64,000 bases of DNA from Azolla caroliniana. Its lineage: Eukaryota > Plantae > Polypodiophyta. The stretch lies in NCBI GenBank assembly GCA_043228905.1, contig JBHGNT010000001.1, positions 15,128,001-15,192,000 on the forward strand, given 5' to 3'. This document shows positions 36,613 to 50,179 of the stretch, piece by piece. The notes under the pieces are model-generated. The model saw only the letters and a program-made list of their open reading frames with translations, had not been told where the DNA came from and made no database searches. The position numbers and the translations under genes are program-made. Positions within the stretch are counted from its first letter, which is position 1, and every line of letters starts with the position of its first letter.

Positions 36613-39600
36613 TGTTACCGATTAGGAACACGGTCTGCGGTCAGTCCTTCGACCTAGACCTCCAAGTGGTTGTGGAACAACGAATAGGCGTCTATGCGTA
36701 ATGCGTAGGGGAATGTTCCCTGTAACCTATCAGCGTATAAGGGAGACGACTACAACCGACTCCTTAGCAATGGTTACACTTACGTTCTTACACGCTCAGG
36801 TATTCCAAACATACAATAGATTAGCCGTAGCTATACACAGACTTTCAGAGAAGATAGAATTCTATTATGATAGGTTCCTTTACATTCCAAAATTACACGC
36901 CCCTCTATCAGAGGTTTTCTGCCCTTTATATACGCAGGGTCTATTTAGCCATTCACGCTTCCTGCGTGAACCGTTACATGCGTTACGATCTTATATTATT
37001 TCTTATTCCTACGCTCTTGTCCGTCAGTTACTATTACGGCGGACAACACCTGGCACGCTTGTGGGACAGTGCCCTGGCACGTCGGACCCATCCCGTTAAT
37101 CTTCTTCCAAAATGGCCCGAATGTTTGGCTTTGTTGCGGTGTTAGCGTCTGGAGGCGACGTAGGGCCCGCAGGTGCATCGTGGTGGGGCTCCCCTGTTTG
37201 GTCAGAATGGTTTCTCCCGGTGTCGCAATCGTCGTGTGTGGTTGGTCCGGGTACGGTGGGCTCTTCTTGAGCTAGTGTGTTGGGCTCCGCCGTTGTCGTG
37301 CTTGCGGTCAGCCGCGGCTCTGTCTCAATCGTTACTTCCTCCGTGGTGTCGGCCATCTTTGTACATTCCGGGGAGTGGGGTTGCGATTCCGCCTGGCCCG
37401 CACCGTTCTCCGTGTGGTCTGATGATAGTGTGGGCTCGTGCGGATGAACCTCCTCTTGGGCAGTGGTTTCGCTGTCTAGTACTGTGGAGGACTCCGCTCG
37501 TCGGTCCGCGTTGTTCACCGTCGTTGTAATTTCTGGTGATTTGGCCTGAGGTTCCTGTTCTTCGGCCGTGCCTGGAATTGGAGTCGTGCTGGATTCCTCA
37601 TTTGTTCGCGTGTTGCCGGCTTGTGTGATGTGGTGAAATAGCTCCTCCTGGCTTTCACCAAAATCGTCTAAGAGTTGCGCGAGTTCTTCGGAGTGTCGGT
37701 CCGCTAGCGCACTATAGTCTTGCGTTAGGTCCTCTCGTACAGCCGCAATGCTCTCCTCATTTAGTTTATAGAAACCTCGGACGTCTTTTCGCCGGTTCTC
37801 CCAGTCCGCACAATACGCGTGCAATTCCGTTGCCTAGGTTGCCCACGCCATCCATCCTTTGTCCAACGCCGTTTTCAATTGCGTTGTGAACCTCTCCCGA
37901 TTTGTTTGGAGAAGGATATGCACGTTGTTTGTGATGGCCTGGCAACGGTTGCGTGCATCCTCCATCGACTTCTGGAGGTTTGCAATTTCTTGTTGTTTAA
38001 CCGCCGCCACTTCTTCGTACGTGGCCTTCAGGCCCGCCCACAGCTGGGATTCCTTTGCATGTTGTTCTTCTAATTTCCCCATTTCATTGTTTAGGCGGAC
38101 TTCGAGCTGATGCCTTCTTTCATGTTCAACCACTAGCTGCTCGTCGACCCATACCTTCTTTTCCTCTAATAAGGCCCGAAGTCATGTGATTGTCGCCTCC
38201 GATTTCTTTGCTTCATCCTGTAATTGGGCGTTTTCGTCTTTTGTCCGGATGTGCTGAGCTACCTCCATAGCGAGTTTCTCTTCAAGGATTTTTACTGCCT
38301 TCCGCCCGTTAGCCCGGATCTCCTTTTCTCTGTCTGAGGATTGGCGCAGTTCAGCCCGAAGGCAGTCAATTTCTGATTCCGCAAATTGCACGACCCTTTT
38401 TGCTTTCAAGGCGATGGCGGTCTGAGCCTCAATTTCTTCCTTCAAAGAGTCGATGGGGTGGTTTGGTGGCGGAGTTCTGTGTTACGCCGTAGTCGCGTCC
38501 AACTCCGCGATGCGTTCGTTGGCTTTTTGCAGCTCGGCTTGGGTCATTTTCACCTTCTTCCAGACATTCATATTTTTAATGGCCATCTCCTTGGCACCCA
38601 TGCTGACCTTTGCCAGTTCGCTATGGACTTCGACTAGGGCCGTGTTTAATGGGGGTAGCTCCATCCCTACTTGGCGTACCCCGACGTTCCTCTGTCTGCC
38701 GACCCTGGCTAGCCGGTCCTCATCGTCGCTCTCCGCCGTTTCTGTAAGGGTGCGCTTGATCATCTGGCGCTCTGCGTGCTCCTTCGGCCATTCGTTGGGA
38801 GGCTTTTATCTGTTGTTTTGCCAGGAATTCCATGATCTCAAAAGAGGTTCCGAATTGTAAGAGGGCGTTGAACTCATAGGCCGTATCCGGGATATCTGGA
38901 TATGCCAACACCTCGCTTTCCGCCATCAACACGGCTTTCCCTCGTTGGGACTGGGTCGTAATGATCGGCCATGGCTCTCGGATGATTTCGAAGGTGGTAT
39001 TGTGCTCCGTTGCTACGGAGCCATCGCCGTCAGTCGTTGTTTATGCCACCGTGGGGACGTCTTTGACCAATCCCCGCCCATCTTTCCTATCCAATCTACG
39101 CAGTTTTGGTCTGGGGTTATCCTACCGTCTTTCGGTGTTGAGCTCTGGGGCTGCTGCCACAGAACGTGTCGGTTGTTCCTCCTGCGTTGTCCGTGTGTCT
39201 GGCTGGGCGGGTTGCAGTTCCTCTTCCTACTATGGGACCGCTAACTCCACTAACCTGCGTTTCGCGGATTGGGGCAGGGGCGTGGGTCGGCTGGGTTGTG
39301 GTGCCGACAGGCCTCGGGGTGGGAACAGTATCGTAAGGTACTGTTGTATGATCGGCTTGAGCTTTTTTCCTGCCTGATACGCATGCAAGCCTTCCCGTAA
39401 CGCCGACCCTGTGATGACCCCCCAGTCGACCGCACATCCTTCAAAGGTATCGATACTGATGCCCGCCTTCTGCTTGGGCATCCCATATGCGTTGACATGT
39501 ACCCAACCGACCTCTAACAGGAACTTGGCAACTTCACTGAAGAAGGGATCCGGGATCTGCTTCGTTTTAAGGCCTTGGCGGAGGAGGAGTATGGCCCGAA

Positions 39601-40865
39601 ATATTGCTGCAGCGCCTCTGCAGGAGGGATTTCGAAATGCCTTTCGCCTAGCAATGACAGGTCCAACTTTTTTCGGATGGAAGAGTTGGTGACCGTGTCA
39701 ATGTTCAGTTTCTTGGCGATGTCCATGGCATTCGGGTGTGGGGGTGCCTCTGCGACCCGGATGTACCCGTCCATGCATTTCTCCACCAGCCATCGGCGTA
39801 AGGCAATAGAGATGAAGATCGGCATCGCCAGAGTAGGTTCGTGGGAAGGAGATTGGTGGTTGCGGTGGGTTGGAGCTCTATGATAGGATGGAGGAGAAGG
39901 TGAGGGGGAGGAGCGATGGGAGCGCTGATAGTTAGAAGGTGGGTTTCTGTTTTGTGCAAAAGATCTTCTATTTCCTTCTTTTTGTGGCTTAGGGTTCATT
40001 GGGTGGTGAGACATCGTGGTGCCGCGTGTTCTTGAACTAGGAGTCTGTGCATGCATTTAGTCCTTTTAATAGTCGCTATCTTCTCTTCTTCCTTTTTCTT
40101 TTTTTGTCTTTTTTTTGTAATGGTTATATACAGCCTATTTTTACATTATGGTACAAGTGGGGCCGCCCATTTACGTCGCGGGTTCTCCGGCTTTGTCTTG
40201 TTTGGCGGTGAATGGGTTAGGTGGCGTAGAGCCCAGGTAAGGTTTAAGGCAAAACCCATTCACCTTTTGCCGTACTACTTCCCCGGCCAGTGTACCTAGT
40301 TGGAATGTGCCTTGTTCTGCTCCAATTATCCAGTATGGGCTGGTCTAGCGGAAGCGTAACTTCCCTGGCATATGGCCCATGCGGGTTTGCAAAACTAGCA
40401 CCGCCCGACCGACGGCGAACTCCTTTTCTCTTGCGTTCCGATGTCGATCCACAAACGCTTTACGCCATCGTTGTTCTTGCTCCAACACAGCCATGCTGTG
40501 TACGCGTTTTTCCCCGAGTTCAAGTAGCTGGTGGAGCCATACCTCCTCCGACTTGGCTTCCGATAGTTGGTCCCGTACCTGAATTCGCAAACTGGGTACC
40601 TAAAATTTGACCGGCATCACAGCCTCCAACCCAAACGCTAGTCAAAACGGTGTTGACTGTATGCTTGTTTTGTAGCTAGTTCTGTACGCCCATAACGCAC
40701 GATGTAATTTGGTATCCCAGTCCGTTCTATTTTCATTGACGATTTTCTTCAAGATGGTCTGCAACGTCTTGTTGGTGGATTCCGCTAACCCATTCGCCTG
40801 TGGATAATATGACGTACTCTTTTTATGGACTACGGCGTAATGATGTGTTAGTTCCCGAACCACGA
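36613..40865 (-). mobile_element. Ty3/gypsy 3' half: integrase end, long extra coiled-coil ORF, LTR starting at tgttacc 36613
   Basis: YYPQANGLAESTNK, WDTKLHRALWAYRT and KLRFR*TGP at 40260-40865; sense-strand broken ORF ~39900-37096. Confidence 0.75.
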
Positions 40866-41084
40866 TGAAGCATGGTATGGCTTCAAAAGGATTTGAACCC
40901 ATGACGTTGTGTCACATGGGTTGAAGCCTTACCATTAAGCTATACATTGTAATACAAAGAGTATTATTTCCATGTATTATTTCACCTAGGAAATGCATGT
41001 ATATTCTAGATTTCTCTAGAACATTCTAGAAATGTCAAGAGTATTCCTAAGCCACTATAAAAAGAGCCACATGGCATTATGTAG

Positions 41085-41122
<38 letters not shown>

Positions 41123-41199
41123 TCTCTTTGGGAAGGTATTTTGAATCATATACATAAATTCTCACTTGGTGAATGAACACCAGAATCTGATCATAGGCC

Positions 41200-43415
41200 T
41201 TTATGCATAGGTTTGATTGTGAGAAGGCTACGGAAGATAATAAACAACCGTACTTGAACATGGACCTTAAGCGAGCACCCATGTATTCCAAGATGGTTGA
41301 GGATATGTTACAAATGACAAAGATACAACATGGTGCCACACTAGAATGCAAATGGGAAGATTCAAGAAAGTCATTCTATCATGTACAAAGAAACATTTTT
41401 CGACCAACCGCACATCTTGGAAATGCACGAAGAAACTTAGGAAAAAATGGTTTGATAAAGAATGTCGTGAAGCTCGAAAGTGCCTTATGGTTTTGGATGT
41501 AGTTAAGGATAAAAAGAATTACCGAAAGCATTTGCATGTATATAAAAGGCTTATTCAAAGAAAGAGAAGAATATGGGAAGTTACTCAACAATTTATCCAA
41601 ATGCAATAGAAAGCACATGCATGTGCTAAATTTTGGGGAAATCTAAAGGGGAAATGTGTGGACAGTTATGGTGACTTAACTCTTCACCACTTGTCTATGC
41701 ATTGTAAGAATTTGTATGAGTTATCTCTTGCCGAAAAGATGATATTTTCTGGTTCTCTTTCATATATGTCTCCCTTCGTTACAATTGAAGATATATGCAT
41801 AGGACTTAAGAAATTGGTCTCTTGAAAGGCAAGAGATCATCAATGTATAAAGGCTGAAATGCTGAAATGGACGGGAAAGGAAGCACATGTATGGATAAGT
41901 GATATGTTTAATGATGCATTGCGACATGGTATGCCTTACGATTGGACTACAAATTGGATCAAAACTTTACATAAAGGTGGACATGTAAATAATGTAAACA
42001 ACTATCGAACCATCATGGTTGGCTCATTAATGGCAAAACTATTTGGATGAACAATGGAATCAAAGATAAGTGTATGGGTTGAAAAAAAATGGTAAGAGAG
42101 CTTATGGGCAAGTTGGCTTTCGAAAACACCATAACATCATTGATCACCTTGTCACCCTTCGAGTATTAATGGAGGAAAGTCACCTTAGAGGTAAAGGTTT
42201 ATATTGTTGCGTTGTAGACTTCAAGAAAGCTTTTGATATGGTACCTCGTGAGAATCTTTGGAGGCAAATGGAAGAACTTGAGGTGCCAAGTGAATATATG
42301 CTTGCAATTTCCCTGAGAGATAAACTTTCAGATTTTTTCAAAAGCACTATTGGTGTTAAGCAAGGATGCCCAGTCTCACCAACACTATTTGGTCTATGCA
42401 TTGATAAAGTGGAAGAAATGGTTACCAAGTTTGCAAAGGAAGAATGTGTTGAAGAAGTTAGCATTGGGAAAGTTGTGAATATGCTTTTGCTATATGCAGA
42501 TGATGTAGTGCCTTTTGCAAATACTTTAGGAGATGCACAAAAGCTTATGAAAGCATTGGAAATTTTTTGCATGCATACTAAATTAAGTGGCAATAGCTTT
42601 AAAACAAAGATTATGCTTGTGAAGCACGAAAAAAGAGATAAACTAGGCATTATGTACAAAATTGAGCCACTTGAATATGTGGAAAGCTTCAAATATCTTT
42701 GACTTGAAGTTCCTTCAAATCATAGAAGGAATGAATGTGCTACACGCCGCTTAGAGGCGAGTAAGCGAGCATACTATGCATTTGAGAACACATGCAATCT
42801 TGGAGATATTAAGTGTTGGGTCCTCAAGAAATATCTTTTCGACATTTTGGTGACACCGGTTCTTCTCTATGGTGTGGAAGTATGGGGTGGTAGCATCCCT
42901 AAATCTATGTGGAAAGAGTTTGAAAATGTCCAAAAACCATATTCCTAACTACAAAACCATATTCTTTGTGGAACGGAGAAACCGTGCACATTGATACTTG
43001 TTAGAGCCTATGTCATTATCTTGAATTCGAACCATTGCTTCCATGTGACTTAGCTCACATGCATTGCGATGTGAGACAGGGCGTTGGGGGATAAGTGATG
43101 AGAGTGGTCGGCTATGCACACTTTGCCCTAAACAAGTTCGTGAGTCTAAGTATCACACTTTGATACAATGTTTTTCCTTTGATCATATTCGACCATGCTT
43201 TCCACATCTGTTCGACCAAGCCCAATCCTTGCATGAATTCCTCTCACAACCACAATGTCCACTCTTGATTACAACATTCATTGGTAAAGTTCTTGAACAT
43301 CGAGAGTCACTACTCACTTTCACATGTATCACCTGAAATGTAATTTTTTTGGTCTCATAGGTCATATTTGACCTCCGAAGACGATATTATAATCTATCTA
43401 TCTATATATATATAT
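41200..43415 (+). mobile_element. RTE/RTEX-like LINE, 5'-truncated and decayed, (CTAT)n tail
   Basis: KWFDKEC, NYRTI, QVGFR, VDFKKAFD, GVKQGCPVSPTLF, LLYADD, FKYL; C-terminal RLCTLC..H..C. Confidence 0.9.
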
Positions 43416-43493
43416 CTCTCTCTCCTTCTCCCGAGAGTATTACACCCCTCTTAGTACTAATTCCCTCTTTGTCTTAGTACTATTCCTGCACAC

Positions 43494-46400
43494 GTCCATT
43501 TGCTGAAGATGCCACCCCCTTGCTGCAGGAACAGCCAACACCACATGAACCGTCATCATCTTTGTTACCGGAGCCAAGGTCTTTTCGTAGTGGATTCCGT
43601 GGGTTTGGCCACTAAACGGGCCATGTACCGGTTGACCGAACCATCGGCATTGTACTTTACCTTGTACACGCAATTGCAACCGATCGGTTTGCAATATTGG
43701 GGAGGGTCAACCAAGTCCCATGTGTCATTGGCATCGACTCTCCGCATCTCTTCCTCCATAGCGGCATGCCAATGGGCGTCCTTTGCCACTTCTGAATAGC
43801 TCTCTGGCTCACGCACTTCCACAACTTTCTTCATGTACTCATTATACCCATACCATTTTACGGGATTCTTCTGGCAGGTAGATCAGCGTAACTTCTCGTT
43901 AACTGATTTAAGAGTCCTCTTGGCTGACTTGGACTTTGTTCGCGAAGGTCCATTGGATTCACTTCAATTTGACTCTTTCCCGCCGGTGTCGTATTCCGAC
44001 ATCTTCTTCTTCCCATTCTCTTTGCTCGTGAATCGTGTCCTTGGTTCCAGACGCGGGGAAAGTACAACTGAGTTAGCACTGCACACTGGCTCATCATCTT
44101 GCTGGTCCTTCCGACTCATCTCTTCATTCGACCCGCTCAACCGAAATGAGATCAGACTCTCATTTAGAGTATCAAATCCTTCTTCATCTTCTTCCCGGAT
44201 TGTTTCTGGCTCACTTGCCTCATCGTCTGGAATTGGGTCGGAGTCAGTAGAGAGTACCAAGATGCCGATTCGTCAAATTTGGCATCTCGGCTTACTCAAA
44301 TTATCTTTGTCTGGGGGTTGTAGCACTTATACCCCTTTTTCTCATGTGAGTAGCCAACTAGTATGCACTTCTCTGACATCAGATCCAACTTTCTCCACTT
44401 CTCATCTGGTCCATGCACATAGGCTATGCTACCGAATACCCCTAAACCCTAAACCGCCCGAAATACGACTCGTGTGCTGACACCTTATCCCCGATCCGGT
44501 TTTAGATGCAGATGGCCGTCCAGACCGCTTCGGCCCAATAGAACTTGGTCATGTTCTTCTCTTCCAGCATTGCCTGTGCCGCTTGCACAATTGATCGGTT
44601 CTTCCTTTCGGCCACACCGTTTTGTTCCGGTGTGTATCTGCGGTTGAATTCCTTCCGAATTCCTTTCTGTTACAAATAACTGTTGAATTGGCCAGAAAAG
44701 TATTCTTTTCCGCCATCCGACCAAAGGCACTTGATCTTTCTCTCCGTATCTCATTCAACAATACTTTGCAGGTTCTAGAAACAACTGGAAACTTAGCTTT
44801 TCCTATCAATCAGGTAGATCCATGTGTGTCAGCTATTGTCGTCGATGAAGGAGACGAAATATCGGCTCCCGCCAAGACTAATGTTCAGTTCAGTCCCCAT
44901 ACATCGAGATGTATCAAGTCGAGCTTGATACTGCTCCGGTTTCTTTCAGTCGGGAAATGAAAGCCGGTGTTGCTTCCCCAGCTAGCAGGCTTCACAAATT
45001 TGGGCCTTCCGGCCACTAAACTTCGGCAATCCAAAGACAACCTGTTTCGATTATAGGTCTTGAAGAATCTGATAGTTAACGTGGCCAATCCGCTTATGCC
45101 ACAGGTCGATATCCGACTCCACCTTCTGACCTTTTGCGAACAAAGCGGTGCCAACGTCATTGGTGTCGAGGATAAACATCCTCCCCTCCTGGCGCTCTAG
45201 CGCAATGATCGGGCCTTCTTTCTCGATGAAGCACCCGAGTTGCGTAAACCGCACTTGCATTCCCTGGTCGACGATCTGTCCGACCGACACCAGGTTCTTT
45301 GTTATTGTCAGAATGTGCAACACGTTCATGAGCTTCCCTCTCTATCCGACATGGGTGAGGGGGAATTCTCCGACATGCTCAATCAGGTGAGGAGTGTCAT
45401 CTCCAATTTCAACAACTCTCGGTTGTTCTAGTTTTTCCATATACGAGAACAACTCTTTGTGGCTCGTCATGTGGTTAGACATTCCGGAATCAACATACCA
45501 CACTTTGATTTGGAAGTGTTCTTCTTCATCGAGTTTGCCTTGTGTTTCATCACAAAGGCTAGCCCTTTTCTGGTCTTACCTGTTCTGGATCCTTCTAATC
45601 CCTCAACGTAGTAGTGCGAGCTTTGTCGGCTCCCTTGTCAAGTCTTGCCGGATCTGGATTTGTCCAAATCGCCACGCTTCTTCCAGCACTCACTTTCCCG
45701 GTGGCCCTTCTTGTTACAATACCCTTCCCTTACCGAGTTCCGGTGCCACTTTGACTCCCCCTACTTGTGGAGGGCTCGGAACTGCTGTCGGCACTATCTC
45801 TGTGCCTCCAGTTCTGCTCTTATCGGCCGCCACTATTGTGTGCCAACCCACCTTCTCCACCTCGTCCACCATGCCTACGAGGTCGATCCGATTCCATCTA
45901 AATTTCTTGGTTGTTCTATTGAGTGGTCCTTGACCTACTCCTGTGGTTTTCTTCGACCATCAACATCAATTGCAGATCAAAGAAAGATGATGGTTTCTCC
46001 AGGGTGCAAATCGCCGTCCAGATTGGCCCGTACCGTTGTGCTAGACCACCTAGGCAGATCTGGACCATCTCGTCTTCGTCCACCGACACGTTGATGGAAC
46101 CAAGCGTGTCACATATCTCCTTTATTTTGGTGGTGTAGTCAGTCACCAACATATCTCGGTATCGAATGTTGTTGAGCTCTTGTTGAAGCTGCAACTTCCG
46201 GGTTGTCAAGCTTGTCGCCAAAATCTTTTTCAGATTCTCCCAAGCTTCTTTTACAGTTTTTGCATCCCTGATGTAGCCGAGCATCTCGTTGTACAATACT
46301 CTGCTCGCTCCTTGCTCCTATGCCGGGAAGTCCTTGTGTGCCGAATCCGGCGCTGCTACATTTTCTCGTTCCACGTAGAGCTCCAGTATCCATGCCCCAA

Positions 46401-46915
46401 CAATACTGATGCATTTTGTACAAACAAGAAGCATAGTTGCTCCGGTCGAGCTTTTTGGTAGGAAGCGAGCTCGCCATACTTCTGTCCATATCTTTCTTCT
46501 TTCTTTTGTTCTTTACTAGTGATTAGGGTTTGTCTATTTTGAGCAGTTATCGACAGCAGAGGTTCTCAACCCTCTTGCTCTGCTACCATGTCAAAGTTAA
46601 TATGTGGAAGCTTTGACAAACCGGTTCACCCGGATAACAACACAAAACACAGACCGAGAGCGGGAGAGATAGATATAGCAAACAAGCATAAAACTCAATT
46701 CAAAATAATAACACTCTGTCCATACAATGTGTTGAGTAAGCACTTTTATACATGTCCTTAAAAAGATTGAAAGAAGTACTGGCATGTACTTCAAGGCTCA
46801 TACAAGCGACTAACACTAACTCCAAGGAATATGCCTACGTACTAGGCTAAGATTGTAGGCCTCTAACGGCCTACCGGTTACAATCCGATCTAGATCCAGT
46901 TGAGCTTGTCCACTC
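43494..46915 (-). mobile_element. Ty1/copia 5' part: LTR (~46589-46915), PBS, gag, protease, INT, partial RT
   Basis: PBS TGGTAGCAGAGC; WYVDSGMSNHM, LWHKRIGH, LIHLDVWG, FIDD, EPESYSE, RYMARLVAK, LQQMDV. Confidence 0.9.
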
Positions 46916-48841
46916 CATAGGCATAAGCCCAAACGTTCTTAGTGGCATCATCAATGAAAGTAATAAAGTACAATGCAGCACCGAAAGATCTTGTGACCAT
47001 AGGTCCACAAACATTCGTGTGAACAAGATCCAATGGTTTAGTGGATGAGTTAACACTGGTCTTATGTGCACTTTTGGTTTTCTTATCATGCTGGCAATGT
47101 TAACATAAGGCAAAATCAGAGAATGACACATTAGGTAAGTATCCATAATGAGATAGAATTTCCATGCCATTTTGTGACATGTGGCCTAAAAGGCCATGCC
47201 AAATGCTCGTCATTGGTTGGTCTGTGATAGCCAACAAATGTTCTTTTTTATGAACAAATAGAGGGTAGAGGGAACGAACTTTGTTACCTTTTGCAACAAT
47301 CATATTTCCTTTTGTTATACGAAAGGACTGGGAAGCAAATATTGATAGGAACTACACGCTCCGATGAACAACACTTGGCCACAACCGAGTCTAAAATGAA
47401 ACACAGAAAACAGGTAATGAACGCACGACACAAAAGAGAGAGAAGAGTGCACAGGATGTTTAACGTGGAAAAACCTGAGAGGGAAAAACCACGGAAGTCC
47501 ACCGACTTCAAACTATCACTATATCACAATGATTACAACAGTGAGTTCACGGAGGCAACAACCTCGTGCTCATGATCTTCGCCACAGGCGGAGGTTACAA
47601 TAGAGGCAACAACCTCTTCCTCTCTCTCTCTCTCTGTACACTATTACGCGCTCTCTAGTCTTGCACCAACAAGAATGATAACAACGCTATCAAAAGTTTT
47701 CCCTAAGTCATATTTATACTAATATGACTTCTCGGCCATTTACAAATATAGCCACGATGGACTCTCAGAAACATATTTACGAATATGTCTCTTCATCCGG
47801 AGAGCGCTCCGCACCGGGCCTGCTTCATCCGGATCTTGCCGGGCACTCGTCATCCGGTTCTCACCGGGTCTGCACCATCCGGCTCTCCATAGTCGGGTAC
47901 TCCTCATCCGGTTCTCATCGGGTCTGCACCATTCGGCTCTCCGTAGCCGGGTACTCCTAATCCGGTTCTCACCGGGTCTGCGCTATCCGGCTCTCCGTAG
48001 CCGGGTACTTGCTCATCAGCACTGTTCTTCTTCCTTCCCATCCGAAGGGACCTGTTTTCTAACAAACTCCCCCTTCACTCCGGCATGGGATGTCTTACTA
48101 GTCTGACTCGCTTCCGGCATGCATCCAGCTTATCGGGTATCAGTACTTTGGTTAGCATATCTGACCCGTTCTCGGCCGTGTGGATCTTCGTCAGTGCGAA
48201 CTCCTGTTCATCTACTCTTTCCCGAATCCAGTGATACGTTCGCTGAATATGCTTCGTTCGGGAATGGTAGGCCGCATTCTTAGCAAGGTGGATGGCACTT
48301 TGACTGTCGCAATAGAGCCGGTATTCATCTTGGTGGATACCGAGCTCTCTGATGAAGTCTTTCATCCATAATATTTCCTTGCCGGCTTCCAAAGCTGCCA
48401 TGTACTCCGCCTCCGTGGTTGACAACGCAACCGTCTTCTGCAGCCTCGACTACCACGAAACAGCTCCCCCTGCATATGTCATTACATACCCGGATGTAGA
48501 CCGGCTGGTATCCACATCAGCCGACATGTCCGAATCGGTAAAACCGTCAAGTTGAGGTTTTCCAGAGCTGAATCGGAGACACATATTTGAAGTGCCCTTC
48601 AAGTACCGGAGTATCCATTTGACCGCATTCTAGTGCTCCTTGCCGGGATTGCTCATGAACCGGCTCACCACTCCGACTCCGTATCCTATATCCGGTCGGG
48701 TACACACCATTGCATACATTAAGTTCCCGACGGCAGAGGCATATGGAATCTTCATCATATCCTCCTTCTCTGCTTTCGTCTTCGGGCTTTGCTTACCGGA
48801 TAACCTGCAATTTGCCGGAAGTGTCGATCCAACCGGTTTCG

Positions 48842-50179
48842 CATCTGACATGTTGAACCGGTGAAGCATCTTTGTCACGTACTTCTCCTGTGACAGCCAC
48901 AATTGCTTCACTGACCGGTTCCGGATAATATGCATCCCCAACATCTGTCTTGCTAGACCCAAGTCTTTCATTGAAAAGGTCCAGTTCAAAGCCTTCTTCT
49001 TCTTCAGCATCCGTATTTTGACTTGGTCCCGTCCGACGATCAACATGTCATCCACGTATAGAAGGAGTATCAGGAAGTCGCCTCCTTCGAACTTCTTCAC
49101 AAACACGCAATGATCGGACTGCGTCTTGTGGTACCCTTGATCGGCCATGAAGGAGTCGAACTTCCAGTACCATTGTCAGGGAGCCTTCTTCAGTCCGTAC
49201 AGGCTCTTCCTCAACCGGCATACCAGGTGCTCCTTCCCTTTCTCCACGAATCCTTCCAGTTGTTGCATGTAGATCTCCTCTTCCAGGTCACCGTGAAGAA
49301 ATGTCGTCTTCACGTCCAGCTGCTCTACCTCGAGGTCCATGCTTGCCGCTATACTCAACACCGTCCGGATGGAGGTCATGTTTACTACCGGGGCAAATAT
49401 CTCGTCGAAGTCCACGCCCTTCTTCTGCTGGAACCCCTTCACCACGATCCTGGCTTTGTATCTCGAGGGTTTTCCGGCATCTCCCGGTTTCTGCTTGTAC
49501 ACCCACAATTGCTTCATCTGACATGTTGAACCGGTGAAGCATCTTTGTCACGTACTTCTCCTGTGACAGCCACAATTGCTTCACTGACCGGTTCCGGATA
49601 ATATGCATCCCCAACATCTGTCTTGCCAGACCCAAGTCTTTCATTGAAAAGGTCCAGTTCAAAGCCTTCTTCTTCTTCAGCATCCGTATTTTGACTTGGT
49701 CCCGTCCGACGATCAACATGTCATCCACGTATAGAAGGAGTATCAGGAAGTCGCCTCCTTCGAACTTCTTCACAAACACGCAATGATCGGACTGCGTCTT
49801 GTGGTACCCTTGATCGTCCATGAAGGAGTCGAACTTCCAGTACCATTGTCAGGGAGCCTTCTTCAGTCCGTACAAGCTCTTCCTCAACCGGCATACCAGG
49901 TGCTCCTTCCCTTTCTCCACGAATCCTTCCAGTTGTTGCATGTAGATCTCCTCTTCCAGGTCACCGTGAAGAAATGTCGTCTTCACGTCCAGCTGCTCTA
50001 CCTCGAGGTCCATGCTTGCCGCTATACTCAACACCGTCCGGATGGAGGTCATGTTTACTACCGGGGCAAATATCTCGTCGAAGTCCACGCCCTTCTTCTG
50101 CTGGAACCCCTTCACCACGATCCTGGCTTTGTATCTCGAGGGTTTTCCGGCATCTCCCGGTTTCTGCTTGTACACCCAC
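48842..50179. repeat. ~665-bp near-perfect tandem duplication in RT (period 673)
   Basis: catctgacatgttgaacc at 48842 and 49515; only about 3 differences noticed. Confidence 0.95.
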
